Source of the DNA: an uncultured Verrucomicrobiae bacterium
GTDB taxonomy: Bacteria > Verrucomicrobiota > Verrucomicrobiia > Opitutales > JABDGR01
NCBI GenBank assembly: GCA_963765205.1
Contig: CAVXVB010000009.1
Location: 1,376,001 to 1,440,000 of the forward strand
DNA length: 64,000 bases
Direction: 5' to 3'
Shown here one piece after another: positions 1-11,434 of the stretch. Made by a program: the position numbers and the translations under genes. Below the pieces are notes generated by a model. It worked only from the letters and a program-made list of their open reading frames with translations, was not told the DNA's origin and made no database searches. The number at the start of each line of letters is the position of its first letter. The first letter of the stretch is position 1.

Positions 1-1655
1 CGAAGTCAAACCCGTCCAGGTCATGGTTCGGCTCGGACAAGTGGTGGCCGACCCCAATGCCGCCGACTATGACTCGGCTGAACAACGGGAACTTCGCCAG
101 AAATATTTCGACCAGTTGAGTGTGCAGGGCGGCGCGGGGATGGAATCGCATCTCTCACTCTTGCGGTATCTCTACACCACCCTGCTGCTGTTGGCCGCGC
201 TGATCTTCATCAAATGCGGCCTCGGGCCGGCCCAGCGGTCGCCGAAAATGGTGGCCCTCGGGTCGGCCTTGCTGCTGGTCAACCTAATCTTGGTGCGCAT
301 GGTCGTTGGGTTGGGGTCCACCGGGCTGTTCACGCACCACACGGATTATCTGGCGGTGCTGCCGTGGCTGGCCCCCACGATGCTCGCGCCGATCCTGGTG
401 ACAGTGATGGTCGGCGCTGCACCCGCCGTGCTCACCTCGCTGCTGATCAGCATGCTCTTTGCCATGATGACGGGCGACACGCTCGAAGTGTTCCTGCTCA
501 ATTTCCTGGCCTCGCTGGTCGCGGTCTATTTCTGCCGCGACGTGCGCCTGCGCGCGCGCTTGGTGCGGGCTGGCCTGCTCGGCGGCCTGGCGGCCGCCGT
601 GTGCGCCGCCTACCTCGGCCTGCTCAACCAATCCGCCTTGACCAGCGCCGACGTGGGCCGCCAAATGATTGTCGCCGCCTTCACCGGCTTGATGACAGCC
701 GTCGCCGCCATCGGTCTGCTGCCGGTCTGCGAAAACCTGTTCAAAATCACGACCGACATCACCCTCCTCGAGTTGACGGACTTCAATCACCCGCTGTTGC
801 GCAAGCTGCAGGCTCTCCGCGCCGGGTACCTACCATCACAGCCTGATGGTCGCCAACCTCTCCGAGCGCGCCGCGGCCGAGGCCGGAGCCAACCCGTTGC
901 TGTGCCGCACCTGCTCGCTCTATCACGATATTGGAAAAATTCTCAAGCCCGAGTATTTCACCGAGAACCAGCGCGACAATTTCAACCCCCACGAGGAAGT
1001 GCAGCCCTCGATGAGCGCGCTCATTATCAAAAGCCACGTCAGTGAAGGCCTCAGTCTGGCCAAACAATACAAGCTGCCCCGCGTGGTGCAGGACGTCATC
1101 GTGCAGCACCACGGTACGACCCTCATCAAATTCTTTTTCCACAAGGCCTCGAAACAGCAGCGTCAGCTTTCCCAGTCGCCCTTTGGCCGCCAACGCACCG
1201 CTGAAGCCCGCGCCCTGGCCAGCGATGGCGTCGAGCGCGCGGAACCCGGCGTGGACGAATCCTCCTACCGCTACGACGGCCCGAAACCCAACTTCAAGGA
1301 ATCCGCCATCATCGCGCTGGCTGATTGCGTCGAGGCCGCCTCGCGTTCCCTCCGCAAAGTCACGCCCCAGGCTGTCGAAGAACTCATCGAGTCCATCATC
1401 AACGACCGCATCGAGGATCACCAGTTGGACGACAGTCCCATCACCATCCTGGAACTGAAACGGATCAAGGAAAGTTTCACCTTCACGCTGCTCAATATGC
1501 TCCATTCGCGCCTGTCCTATCCCGGCCACGAAGAGCCGGGCGCGACCGCCAAAGGTAAGGCCCGAGACAAGAACATCGTCCCGATGCCCCCGCCTGCCAC
1601 CCCGCCGCCGCCTGGCGACAAGTCCAGTGACTCCGCCTCGTCCGCCTCCGCCTAA
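1..1655 (+). CDS. 7TM-HD (HDIG) phosphohydrolase, PgpH-like putative cyclic-dinucleotide phosphodiesterase; 5'-truncated by the window, one apparent frameshift near 810-830
   Basis: ORF 23-1045 has multiple TM helices and 'TLLELTDFNHPLLRKL'; ORF 846-1655 continues with (GTYHHSL)MVANLSERAA...YHDIGK...QHHGTT...YRYDGPKP...ADCVEAASRSL, the typical 7TMR-HD architecture. Confidence 0.88.
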
Positions 1656-2151
1656 GCCGCGCCCCGCTGCCCCGCCGCGCGCGTGGTCGGCCAACGGTCG
1701 CCATCCACGTCTGCGCTTTTCGCGCGCGACGTTGGGCCGCTGCCTCGCCGTCCTCGACCGCCAGCCCGGCCCGCGCCCGCCCCCCGGCGAAATCTCCCTT
1801 GCGTTTTTGACCGATGTCGCGCTTGCCCAACTCCACGCCGATTTTCTTCACGACCCGGCGCCGACCGATGTAATTACTTTCCCAGGCGATGAATCCAGCG
1901 AACTGGCCGGGGAAATTTGCCTGTCGGTGGACCGCGCCGCCCTCGAATCCGCGCAACGCCGACGGCCCTTCGCGGGGGAATTGACCCTCTACCTCGTGCA
2001 TGGTTGGTTGCACCTGGCCGGCTTGGACGACCTCACCCCGCGCGGCCGCCAGGCCATGCGCCGAGGGGAACGCCGGCTGCTGGCCGCCTTGCAACGCGCC
2101 CGCGCCCAGCCGGATTTCCGCCTGCGAGCGGCGAAAAAGCACCGGGATTAA
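1627..2151 (+). CDS. ybeY: rRNA maturation endoribonuclease YbeY
   Basis: PTDVITFP, GEICLSVD and YLVHGWLHLAGLDD motifs; usual position after an HD protein. Confidence 0.9.
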   Translation: MTPPRPPPPKPRPAAPPRAWSANGRHPRLRFSRATLGRCLAVLDRQPGPRPPPGEISLAFLTDVALAQLHADFLHDPAPTDVITFPGDESSELAGEICLSVDRAALESAQRRRPFAGELTLYLVHGWLHLAGLDDLTPRGRQAMRRGERRLLAALQRARAQPDFRLRAAKKHRD

Positions 2152-2181
2152 ATTGCCTCGGGGGGGCTGCGAGCGTTAACT

Positions 2182-2886
2182 TTGCCAACCATGCCCACCA
2201 CACCACCCCCGCGCCCCACTGCCCCCCGGCCCAGCCCGTGGCCCACGCTCCGCAATGCGTTCATCACGGGGCTGTTTTTGCTGGCCCCGGTCGGGGTGTG
2301 CGTGTTCGTCATCAATTTCCTGCTGCAAAACATCGGCGCACCGTCCAGCAATCTGTTTTTCGGCTGGATGAACAACGGTCAGCGCAACCTGCCGTTTGCG
2401 AACGTGTTGTTGCCGGTCGTCGCGATCCTCATCGTCGTCACCCTCATTACGGCGCTGGGCTACGCCTCGCATTATTTCTTTGGCCGGTGGCTGCTGCGCC
2501 GCGCGGAAATGCTCATCTTGCGCGTGCCGATTCTCAACCAAGTCTATCGCACGACCAAGCAGATCGTGGACACCTTCCACAGCCAGCAGGAGGAGGGCTT
2601 CGACAAAGTGGTGCTTATCGAGTTTCCGCGGGCCGGCGTTTACACCATCGGCTTTATCACCAAGGCTGTCGAAGGCGAGGTGCATGCGCGCACCGGCGAG
2701 GATTTCGTAAACGTCTTCGTGCCCACCACCCCGATGCCGACCAACGGCTTTTTGGTTATTTGCCGGGAAAAGGGACCTCATCCGCCTCGACATGTCCGTG
2801 GGCGACGGCATGAAATTGATCATCTCCGGCGGCGCCATCGCCCCGCCCTACACCGCCCCCGCCCCCGCCAAATTGGCGCAAAATGA
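2182..2886 (+). CDS. DUF502 membrane protein (apparent frameshift near 2770)
   Basis: FITGL..P, RVPILNQVY, KVVLIEFPRAG, VFVPTTPMPTNGFL; the C-terminal LDMSVGDGMKLIISGG continues in another frame. Confidence 0.85.
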   Translation: MPTMPTTPPPRPTAPRPSPWPTLRNAFITGLFLLAPVGVCVFVINFLLQNIGAPSSNLFFGWMNNGQRNLPFANVLLPVVAILIVVTLITALGYASHYFFGRWLLRRAEMLILRVPILNQVYRTTKQIVDTFHSQQEEGFDKVVLIEFPRAGVYTIGFITKAVEGEVHARTGEDFVNVFVPTTPMPTNGFLVICREKGPHPPRHVRGRRHEIDHLRRRHRPALHRPRPRQIGAK

Positions 2887-2918
2887 GCCGCCGAACTAAT
2901 TCATAAAACCACAGTTGA

Positions 2919-3052
2919 AACCACGGATTTCACGGATAACACGGATAACCAAAAAGATGGGAGATTTTGACCGCTCACCTGTTCGGTGAACGCATTTTTG
3001 CAGTAACCATCGCTCAAGTTTTTGCATCCGTGCTATCCGTGTAATCCGTGGT
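2919..3052. repeat. Inverted-arm element built from three 9-mer units (CACGGATww)
   Basis: accacggatttcacggataacacggat ... atccgtgctatccgtgtaatccgtggt with a ~75-bp unique spacer. Confidence 0.85.
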
Positions 3053-3091
3053 AAAAATTCTGCCGCAAAAAATAGATTAATTCATTGTATC

Positions 3092-3762
3092 ATGCCCCCA
3101 TTGCTGGAAGCCGAAGGCCTGGTGCTCGACCGCGAACCGCCGGCGAACGCCACCTGCGCCTGACATTTCTCACACCCACGCTCGGTTTAATCTCTGCCCT
3201 CGCGCGCGAATCCCGCTCCGCCGGCACGGTTCCCGCAGCAGGCTCGAAAAAGCGCGCTGGCACGCCCCAGCGCCCGGATATTTTCGACCATGCGGCCGTG
3301 CGCCTGGAAGCGCGGGAAGCGGGCACCACACACCGGCACGTCTATTTCCTGGCCGAATACAAGGTGCTGCGCCGGCACGCGGGCCTCGGCCGCAGTTACG
3401 CGGCGCTCGAAGCCGCCGCCGGATTGGCCAAAGTCGTGACCCGCAACGCCGCGCATTTTGAGACCTGCGCGCCGGCCTTCGATTTGTGCCGCAAGGCCCT
3501 CGACGCGCTCGACCACGGCGCGCCGCCCGAAGCGGTTCGCCTAAAGGCGCTCTTTTTGCTCGCCCGTGCCAAGGGTTACGCCGCGCGCGAACAATGGCTG
3601 CCCGCCTTGAACGCCGCCGACCAGGCGCTGGCACTGGCCGTGCTCAGCCGCCCCGCCGCCGAAACCACCACCCTGGCCGCTGGCGAAGCGAGCCGCTTGC
3701 CCAAACTGCGTCAAGCTTTTGAACGCTGGTTGAACGAACACACGGACTTGGAAGTGAAATAG
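3092..3762 (+). CDS. recO: DNA repair protein RecO-like (apparent frameshift near 3140)
   Basis: MPPLLEAEGLVLDREP then GERHLRLTFLTPTLGLISALAR, resembling the RecO N-terminal OB fold; size consistent. Confidence 0.7.
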
Positions 3763-3780
3763 TTTGCCCCTTTTCAGTTT

Positions 3781-3811
3781 TTCTCCGTGTTCTCCGTGCT
3801 CTCCGTGGTTT
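3781..3811. repeat. Single arm of a 9-mer repeat element (CTCCGTGtt x3)
   Basis: ttctccgtgttctccgtgctctccgtggtta; same family as 59220-59306. Confidence 0.7.
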
Positions 3812-3821
3812 AAATTTCTTC

Positions 3822-6183
3822 ATGCGTTTCATAATCGGCCAGCGGGCGGTGGCGATGGGCGTCGGCGAATTCGCCACGTTCAACCCGGTGCCGTCGTCCG
3901 CGGGCTTCGGGCGGATGGGCGCGTGGCGCGCGACCACCGGCGCGGCCTGGCACCAGACGATGCGCGAGCGCGCGCAGGCCGCCGATGTGGGCGCGCAATT
4001 CGAAGTGCCGATCCAAGGCCGTTTGCTGCACGGCGGCTGGGCCGTCGAATTGCAGGGCCGGCTAGATCAATTGACGCCACGCAATGGCGGCTGGGTGCTG
4101 CGTGAAATCAAAACCATTTCCGAATCGTTGCCGCGCCGCGAGGACGAACTGGCGCACGATTATCCCGAATACTTCCGCCAACTGGCGGCCTACTTGCGCC
4201 TGGCGGAACTCGGCCCCCTGGGGCAAAAAGAGGCCGCTGGCGGGTGAGTTGGTGTTCGTGGATTTTTCCACCGGCGTGACACAAACCGTGCCCATGACCA
4301 CTGCGGCCGCTGGCGTCTGGGTGGATACGCAACTCGCCGCGCTGCGGCCGTATTGGGAATTCCGCTGGAATTCGCGCCAGCGGGTGGCGGCGTTGCCCGT
4401 GCGCGCGGCCTTTGCCACGCTGCGCCCCGGCCAGGCGGAAGCCCACGCCGAACTGGCCGCCGCCGCCGGGCGCTCGGGCGTGTTCATGTTCGAAGCCCCC
4501 ACCGGCTTCGGCAAAACCGGCCTGCTGCTGGAATACGCCCTCGCCCGCCTGCGCGACGGCCATTGCCAGCGTCTCCTCTATCTCACCGGCAAGGGGACGG
4601 GCCAGGCGCCCGTCACGCAACAATTGCGCGCCCTGCTCGGCCCCGAGCCGGAGCTGCGCTTTATCCAACTGCGCAGCCGCCGCGAGCACGCGATTGATAC
4701 CCCGTTGCACACCTGCGACGCGCGCCGTTCTTGCCGCGCGGACTTGGAGGAACGCTGGCGCGAGGCCGGCCTCGACCCGCTCACCCTGTTTGAAGACGGC
4801 TCGCTGCCGGTGGAAAAATCGCGGCGCATCGGCGCGCAAACCGGCGTGTGCCCGTATGAAATCACGCGCGCGGCGCTGCCCTGCGCGGAGGTTTGGGTGT
4901 GCGATTACAACTACGTCTTTTCGCCCGCGCACCGCGGCGTGCTGTTTAATCTGCCTGGATTCAATCCCGCCGATACGCTGCTCGTGCTCGACGAAGCCCA
5001 TAACCTGCCCGCGCGCGCTGCCGAGGCCCGCTCGCACGCCTTCACCGCCGGCGCTGCCATCTTTGCCGCGCAGGCGCTGCGCGATTTCCGCGCCCGCCCC
5101 GCGCTCTTGCAGGCGGCGGAAAATTTCGAGGAGTTCCTCGCGGCCCAGACCCCGGTCGAGCGGCTCGACTTGACCGCGCAATACGCGCTCGAAAACCACC
5201 TCGAAAGCCTGACCGACGAATTGAACGCCTGGCCGCTGCCGGAGGATTTGCCCGACGCCGCAGCCGATTTTTTGTGGAGCGCCATCAACGCCCTCGAAAC
5301 GTTGCGTGACGCGTCACTCGAACTGTTGCCCGGCGTGCCGGCCCGCGGCGAATTGCGCCTGGCCTGCGTGGACGCCGCGCCGGCCATCGCCTCCGCCTTG
5401 AGCAGCTTCGGCCAGGCCGTGCTGACCTCGGCGACCTTCGGTCCGCCGGAGTTTTTTCTCGCCGCTTGCGGGCTGAACCCCGCCCAGGCGCACTGGATTG
5501 TCGCACACGCCCCGTGGCGCGACGGGGCCTACGATATCGCCGTGGACGCGCGGGTGGACACCCGGCAGCGCTCGCGGGAACGTTTCTTTTCCGTCACCGC
5601 CGAGACCGTGCGCCAATTCGCCGGCGGCCAGGCGCGCCCCATCGCGGTGTTTTTTCCCTCCTATGACTATGCGGAAACCATCCGCACTGACATCGAGGCC
5701 GTGGACGCGGGCCTGCGCATCGCCATGCAGCCGCGCGGCGCGGATTTGGCCGCGCAGACGGAATTTCTCGACGAATCCCTGCTGACCGCCCACGCCATGT
5801 TTTTCGTGCTCGGTGGCAGTTTTGCGGAAGGCATTGACCGGCTGGGCGGCGAGGTCGAGCGCGTCATGGTGGTCGGCCCGGCGGTGTCCGAACCCAACGC
5901 CCTCAACAAGGCCCGCCAGGCGCTCTTCGAGCAAACCATGGGCGCGGACGAAGCGTTTTGCCGGACTTATCTCGCGCCGGGGATTTTGAAAGTCGCGCAG
6001 GCACTCGGGCGGCTGGTGCGCGCGCCGGGGCAGCACGCAAAAGTGCTGCTGCATTGCCGGCGCTTTGCCGAGCCGGCGACGGACAGTCTGCTGCCGGAAG
6101 AATACCGCCATGGCCGCGTTTTGCGCCGGGACGCGGATTTGCGCGAATGGTTGAAAAATTCACCGACACCGGATAGGGCATGA
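3822..6183 (+). CDS. Rad3/DinG-type ATP-dependent DNA helicase with N-terminal PD-(D/E)xK-like nuclease domain (frameshift near 4230)
   Basis: GRLDQL...LREIKT in 3822-4247; APTGFGKT, CPYEI, CDYNY, DEAHNL, FFPSY, GGSFAEGID and QALGRLVR in 4084-6183. Confidence 0.85.
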
Positions 6184-6703
6184 GCATGGCTGGCCGTCAC
6201 CGCGATTTTCTTCCCATTGTGCTGGGCGTGCTTGCGCTCGTGGCCGGCTACGGCGTGATCAACGACCAGTTCATCGTCACCCTGGCGTCCAATCACTTTA
6301 TCGTTTACCATCCGCATTATTTTCCCTTCGCGTCGGTGCGGGCGCAGGCCTTGTGTTTCGGGCTGCTGGCGGGCGCACCGGGGCTGGGTTGGGGAATCTT
6401 GCTCTATTGGGCGGGGCATTATGGCCCTGGACCAGTGATGGGCCGACGGGCTACGTTGCTCGTGGCGGGCGCGGTTTTGCTCGCCACCGGGGCGGTGGCG
6501 TGGGGCTTGGGCCGGAAGCGGCCGCGACCAACCTTCCGTTTTATCCCACGTATTTTTATCCCAATACCGATGGCAATCTAGTGGTCACCCAAACCGTGCA
6601 ACTCACCAATTATTGGCTCGGTACGCTTGGGGCGATGTTTTCGATAGTGGCCATACAGGCCGGGCGCATCCTGCGCGCGCCGCCACCGAAGCCGATGAGT
6701 TAA
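6180..6703 (+). CDS. Hypothetical membrane protein (frameshift near 6515)
   Basis: Hydrophobic ORF 6180-6581 continues in the frame of 6353-6703; ATGA coupling to the helicase. Confidence 0.6.
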
Positions 6704-6741
6704 GGTTTGCGCGCCTCCTTCCCTTGGGCATCATCCGCCCC

Positions 6742-7278
6742 ATGCGCGAAATCGCCAAAATCGAGCACGACCGCATCGCCCAGGCCATCGAGGATCTCGT
6801 GGAAAAAATCATCGCGCGCCATCGCGAGACGCCTAACCTGGCCGTGGCCGGCATCGCCAATGGCGGCATAGCCTTTTCGCGCAAACTGACGCGGCAGCTC
6901 GCGCTCCGACTGTGTCATGATGTGCCGCTGGGGGTCGTGAACATCGCCTTCCACCGCGATGATATCGGCCAACGCCCCATCCCCTTGCAATGCGCGGCGA
7001 CCGACCTGCCCTTCGACGTGGATGAGGCGACGATCATCCTCGCCGACGACGTGCATTTCACCGGGCGAACCGCCCGCGCGGCGGTGAATGAGATTTTTGA
7101 CCAGGGCCGCCCCGCGCGCGTCGAACTGGCCGTGCTGTGCGAACGCGGTGGCCGCCGCCTGCCGATTGTGCCGGATTACACTGGCTTCACACTTGATACC
7201 ACCGAAACACAGCGTGTCGAAGTCCATCTCGATTTTGACTACCCCATCCGTGATTGCGTGCGCGTGCTGGAGGATTGA
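6742..7278 (+). CDS. pyrR: PyrR bifunctional pyr regulator/uracil phosphoribosyltransferase
   Basis: NIAFHRDDI, IILADDVHFTGRTARAA, GRPARVELAVLCERGGRRLPIVPDY; upstream of pyrB/pyrC. Confidence 0.92.
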   Translation: MREIAKIEHDRIAQAIEDLVEKIIARHRETPNLAVAGIANGGIAFSRKLTRQLALRLCHDVPLGVVNIAFHRDDIGQRPIPLQCAATDLPFDVDEATIILADDVHFTGRTARAAVNEIFDQGRPARVELAVLCERGGRRLPIVPDYTGFTLDTTETQRVEVHLDFDYPIRDCVRVLED

Positions 7279-7403
7279 TTCAAGTAATGCGCGCCGGGCT
7301 AATGCCGTTCTGGCCGCTCTTCTTGCCGGTAGTGCGTCAGTTTGGATTCGTGAGCACTGGTTTTAGGTTTGAATTGTGAGGGTGAAAGGCTTACCGTGCC
7401 GCC

Positions 7404-7679
7404 ATGCCTAAGCGTTCAACTAGACTAGACATGGTGCAACTGGCCGGGCTGGCCGTGGCGCAGGCCACGCATGGCGAGTTTGTGCCGCAAGGCGTGGCGG
7501 AGATGTACCGCGAGCGGGAAGCAGCGGCGCGGGCCAAGGTGGCGGGAAAAAATCCGGCGGCGGTCATGTTGGGAAGGTTGGGGGGGTTGAAGGGTGGCCC
7601 GGCTAGGGCGGCGGCGTTGACAAAGGCGCAAAAGCGGGAGATTGGGCGCAAGGGGGCAAAGGTTAGGTGGGGGAAGTAG
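7404..7679 (+). CDS. Small basic protein (KNPAAVxLGRLGGLKGG family), element passenger
   Basis: KNPAAVMLGRLGGLKGGPARAAALTKAQKREIGRKGAKVRW. Confidence 0.75.
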   Translation: MPKRSTRLDMVQLAGLAVAQATHGEFVPQGVAEMYREREAAARAKVAGKNPAAVMLGRLGGLKGGPARAAALTKAQKREIGRKGAKVRWGK

Positions 7680-8140
7680 GTGGCGCAGTTTTGGCAAATT
7701 CATTAATGAAAATGCCAAGCCTCTTTGTTGCATTATCAAACAAGACTTTTTCTTGCTGGCTCTGATGCTCGGAGAGCTTACCCATTGCGTCCATGACTTC
7801 TGGTTTTATTACGGCTGCATCACCTGTCGTTTGAGAGATGAAAATCATATCCGTCATTAGACCAACGCCGGGCGCGGACTCGGCCCTTTTTTTTGCAAGG
7901 TAGGCTAGATATAAAGCGTCAACGTTCTTAAAATCAGCATGGTAGCCGTATTCCATAAATGCCGCTTCGGCGCGCGACTTTCCAACTCCGATTGCGGCAA
8001 ATCCCTCGAAATCCATACATCGAATTGATTCGGTTGGATTGTTGCTTACGAGCCAAATATGAGGCCCGGCACCCTCCTCAATTCCGATAAAAACAACCTC
8101 AATCAGCGGCATTTGGAATGACTCAATGATGGTGGTTAGT
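7663..8140 (-). pseudogene. C-terminal half of a proteasome-subunit-like (Ntn hydrolase) protein, 5' end deleted
   Basis: GFAAIGVG..AEAAF...ALYLAYLAKKRAESAPGVGLMTD resembles the second half of a 20S/HslV-type subunit; no N-terminal Thr; the frame closes at the junction with the transposase tail. Confidence 0.55.
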
Positions 8141-8206
8141 AATCATGTCTGGGAAATGAAAGAAGTGATTGCGCTGCTGGATAAAAAAGAGGAGAAAGCG
8201 GCATGA
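8135..8206 (+). pseudogene. Last ~23 codons of an IS1-like transposase
   Basis: Translates VSNHVWEMKEVIALLDKKEEKAA*, matching the 'AG(V)xDHVWxxxE' tail; ATGA overlap with the next ORF. Confidence 0.7.
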
Positions 8207-8619
8207 ATCCACCCAAAGACAGGATAGATCAGTTGTTGGAGCTATATTCAAAAAAAAACAAGGTGCAGTTATTGAAAATAAAGGCCACCGCGACCTATGC
8301 GGATTCGCCAGAACATCAGGCGGTGACTATTGCTTTGGGGTTGCTTGAGTCGGAAGAATCGGCGACCCGACACCAGCAGACGGTTGCGATTGCGTCACAG
8401 GCAAACGATATAGCGGCCCATGCAAATTGGATTGCGAAATGGGCGTTGCGGGCGGCACTTCTGGCGACTGCGATTGCAATTCTTGCGTGGCTTTTTCCTC
8501 ATCCACCCGTTGCCCCCAATAAACCGCCCAGCCCTCCATCGTCGCCATCCGTTGCTCCATCTGCATCTCATCCCGAATCAACAGCACAAGACGAATCCCC
8601 ACTAAAAGTGTCGCAATAG
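8203..8619 (+). CDS. Hypothetical single-TM protein with Pro/Ser-rich tail, element passenger
   Basis: 138-aa ORF translationally coupled to the transposase tail. Confidence 0.6.
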   Translation: MNPPKDRIDQLLELYSKKNKVQLLKIKATATYADSPEHQAVTIALGLLESEESATRHQQTVAIASQANDIAAHANWIAKWALRAALLATAIAILAWLFPHPPVAPNKPPSPPSSPSVAPSASHPESTAQDESPLKVSQ

Positions 8620-8934
8620 CCGTTAAAAGAACGGCAGCACCAAGGGTAACGATGATTTTGTTTTGCAAAGCCGCATGAGATAGTTAGCCTTTGGCCAACA
8701 GTCACAGCCGCCGCCTCGAAACAATCAGGCCACCTACTCCCACGCGGAGCATCCAGCCTAGCCCTATTTCGAGGCAGGAAGCCGTTTAGTTGCACTCCGC
8801 CGTGACCCAGCAGGGCCACGAATTGAACGAAGTTGAACCAAACTGACGCACTACCTTCTTGCCAAAGAAGTTGACTTTGCCCGGCCTTCCCTTTATCCGA
8901 GCCGTCGCCGGCTACAGTTTCTTCCGCCGGCCGC

Positions 8935-10078
<1,144 letters not shown>

Positions 10079-10081
10079 CCC

Positions 10082-11434
10082 ATGCCCCCCCCCCTCATCA
10101 TCCAAGGCGGACGCATCCTTGACCCGGCCAGCGGGCGGGACGAGGCGGGTGATTTGTTTGCCGCCAAGGGAAAGATCGTCCAGTCCCTCAGCCCGGATCA
10201 GCGAAAAAAGGCGCGCGTCGTGGACGCGCGCGGCTTGATCGTCGCACCGGGCCTGGTGGATATTCACGTCCACCTGCGCGAACCAGGCCAGACGCACAAG
10301 GAGAACATCGAGAGTGGTTCCGCGGCCGCGGCCGCGGGCGGCATCACCTCGATGGTCTGCATGCCCAACACCTCGCCCGCGTGCGACAACGCCGGCGCCA
10401 TCCAGCTCATCAACGATGTCATCGAGCGCAAGGCCGTGGTGAATATCTGGCCGACGGGCTGCATCACCCTTAACCGCGACGGCGAGAAACTCGCGCCCAT
10501 CGGTTCGCTCAAGCGCGCGGGCGTCGTCGCCATCACCGACGACGGCGACTGCGTGCAGAACAACGAGGTCATGCGCCGCGCCGTGGAATACGCCAATATG
10601 TTCGGCCTCGTGGTGATGGACCATTGTCAGGACGAAAAACTGACCGAGGGCGCCGTCATGCACGAGGGCGAATGGTCCCTGCGCCTCGGCCTGCGCGGCT
10701 GGCCCAGCGCGGCGGAGGACATCATCGTCGCGCGCAACGTCATCCTTGCCGAGCACACCGGCGCGCATATCCATTTGCAGCACATCACCTCGGCGTTTTC
10801 GGTGGACGTGCTGCGCCGCGCCAAACAACGCAAGGCCCGCATCACCGCCGAAGTCACGCCCCACCACCTCGCCTTGACCGACGCGCGCCTGCGCGACTAC
10901 GACACCAATTTCAAGATGAACCCCCCGCTGCGCTCCGAGGCCGACCGCCAGGCGCTCATCGAAGGCCTGCTCGACGGCACGCTCGACATCATCGCCACCG
11001 ACCACGCCCCGCACACGGATTACGAAAAAGATGTCGAATTCGACTACGCCCCCTTCGGCATTATCGGCCTGGAAACCAGCCTTGCCGTCTGCCTCGAAGT
11101 CCTCTTTCACAGCGGGCGTTGCGACCTCTCGTTTCTGCTCTCACGTCTGACCCACAAGCCCGCGGAAATTTTGCGCCTGCCCAAAGGCACCCTCGCCGAA
11201 GGCGCGGACGCCGATATTTGCATCTTCGACCCCAACGAACGCTGGACACCCACCGCCGCCAACACCTTCAGCCGCTCGCGCAATTCACCCTGGCTTGGCC
11301 AGCCCTTGCGCGGGCGCGTCAAGCGCACCTTCGTCGGTGGACACGAAGTTTATGACGGGGAAAAAGTCCACTCGCCAAAAGAACCCGGCAAAATCATCCT
11401 GCCCGCCGGCGCCGCCGCCGGCCTCACCCCGTGA
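10082..11434 (+). CDS. pyrC: Dihydroorotase
   Basis: DIHVHLREPG, MPNT, EVTPHHL, KMNPPLR, ATDHAPH. Confidence 0.95.
   Translation: MPPPLIIQGGRILDPASGRDEAGDLFAAKGKIVQSLSPDQRKKARVVDARGLIVAPGLVDIHVHLREPGQTHKENIESGSAAAAAGGITSMVCMPNTSPACDNAGAIQLINDVIERKAVVNIWPTGCITLNRDGEKLAPIGSLKRAGVVAITDDGDCVQNNEVMRRAVEYANMFGLVVMDHCQDEKLTEGAVMHEGEWSLRLGLRGWPSAAEDIIVARNVILAEHTGAHIHLQHITSAFSVDVLRRAKQRKARITAEVTPHHLALTDARLRDYDTNFKMNPPLRSEADRQALIEGLLDGTLDIIATDHAPHTDYEKDVEFDYAPFGIIGLETSLAVCLEVLFHSGRCDLSFLLSRLTHKPAEILRLPKGTLAEGADADICIFDPNERWTPTAANTFSRSRNSPWLGQPLRGRVKRTFVGGHEVYDGEKVHSPKEPGKIILPAGAAAGLTP

Larger units (their letters stand above)
7328..8855 (+). mobile_element. Non-autonomous IS1-like element with passenger genes (transposase deleted)
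   Basis: Perfect 18-bp terminal IR GGTAGTGCGTCAGTTTGG / CCAAACTGACGCACTACC; 8-bp direct repeat TTCTTGCC at 7320-7327 and 8856-8863; lower GC; transposase tail at 8135-8206. Confidence 0.9.

Noticed and set aside
1985..2030. YbeY third metal ligand His replaced by Asp (GLDD) as a novel inactive variant
   Set aside because: To my knowledge the GxDD variant is common in PVC-superphylum YbeY proteins, and Asp can ligate metal
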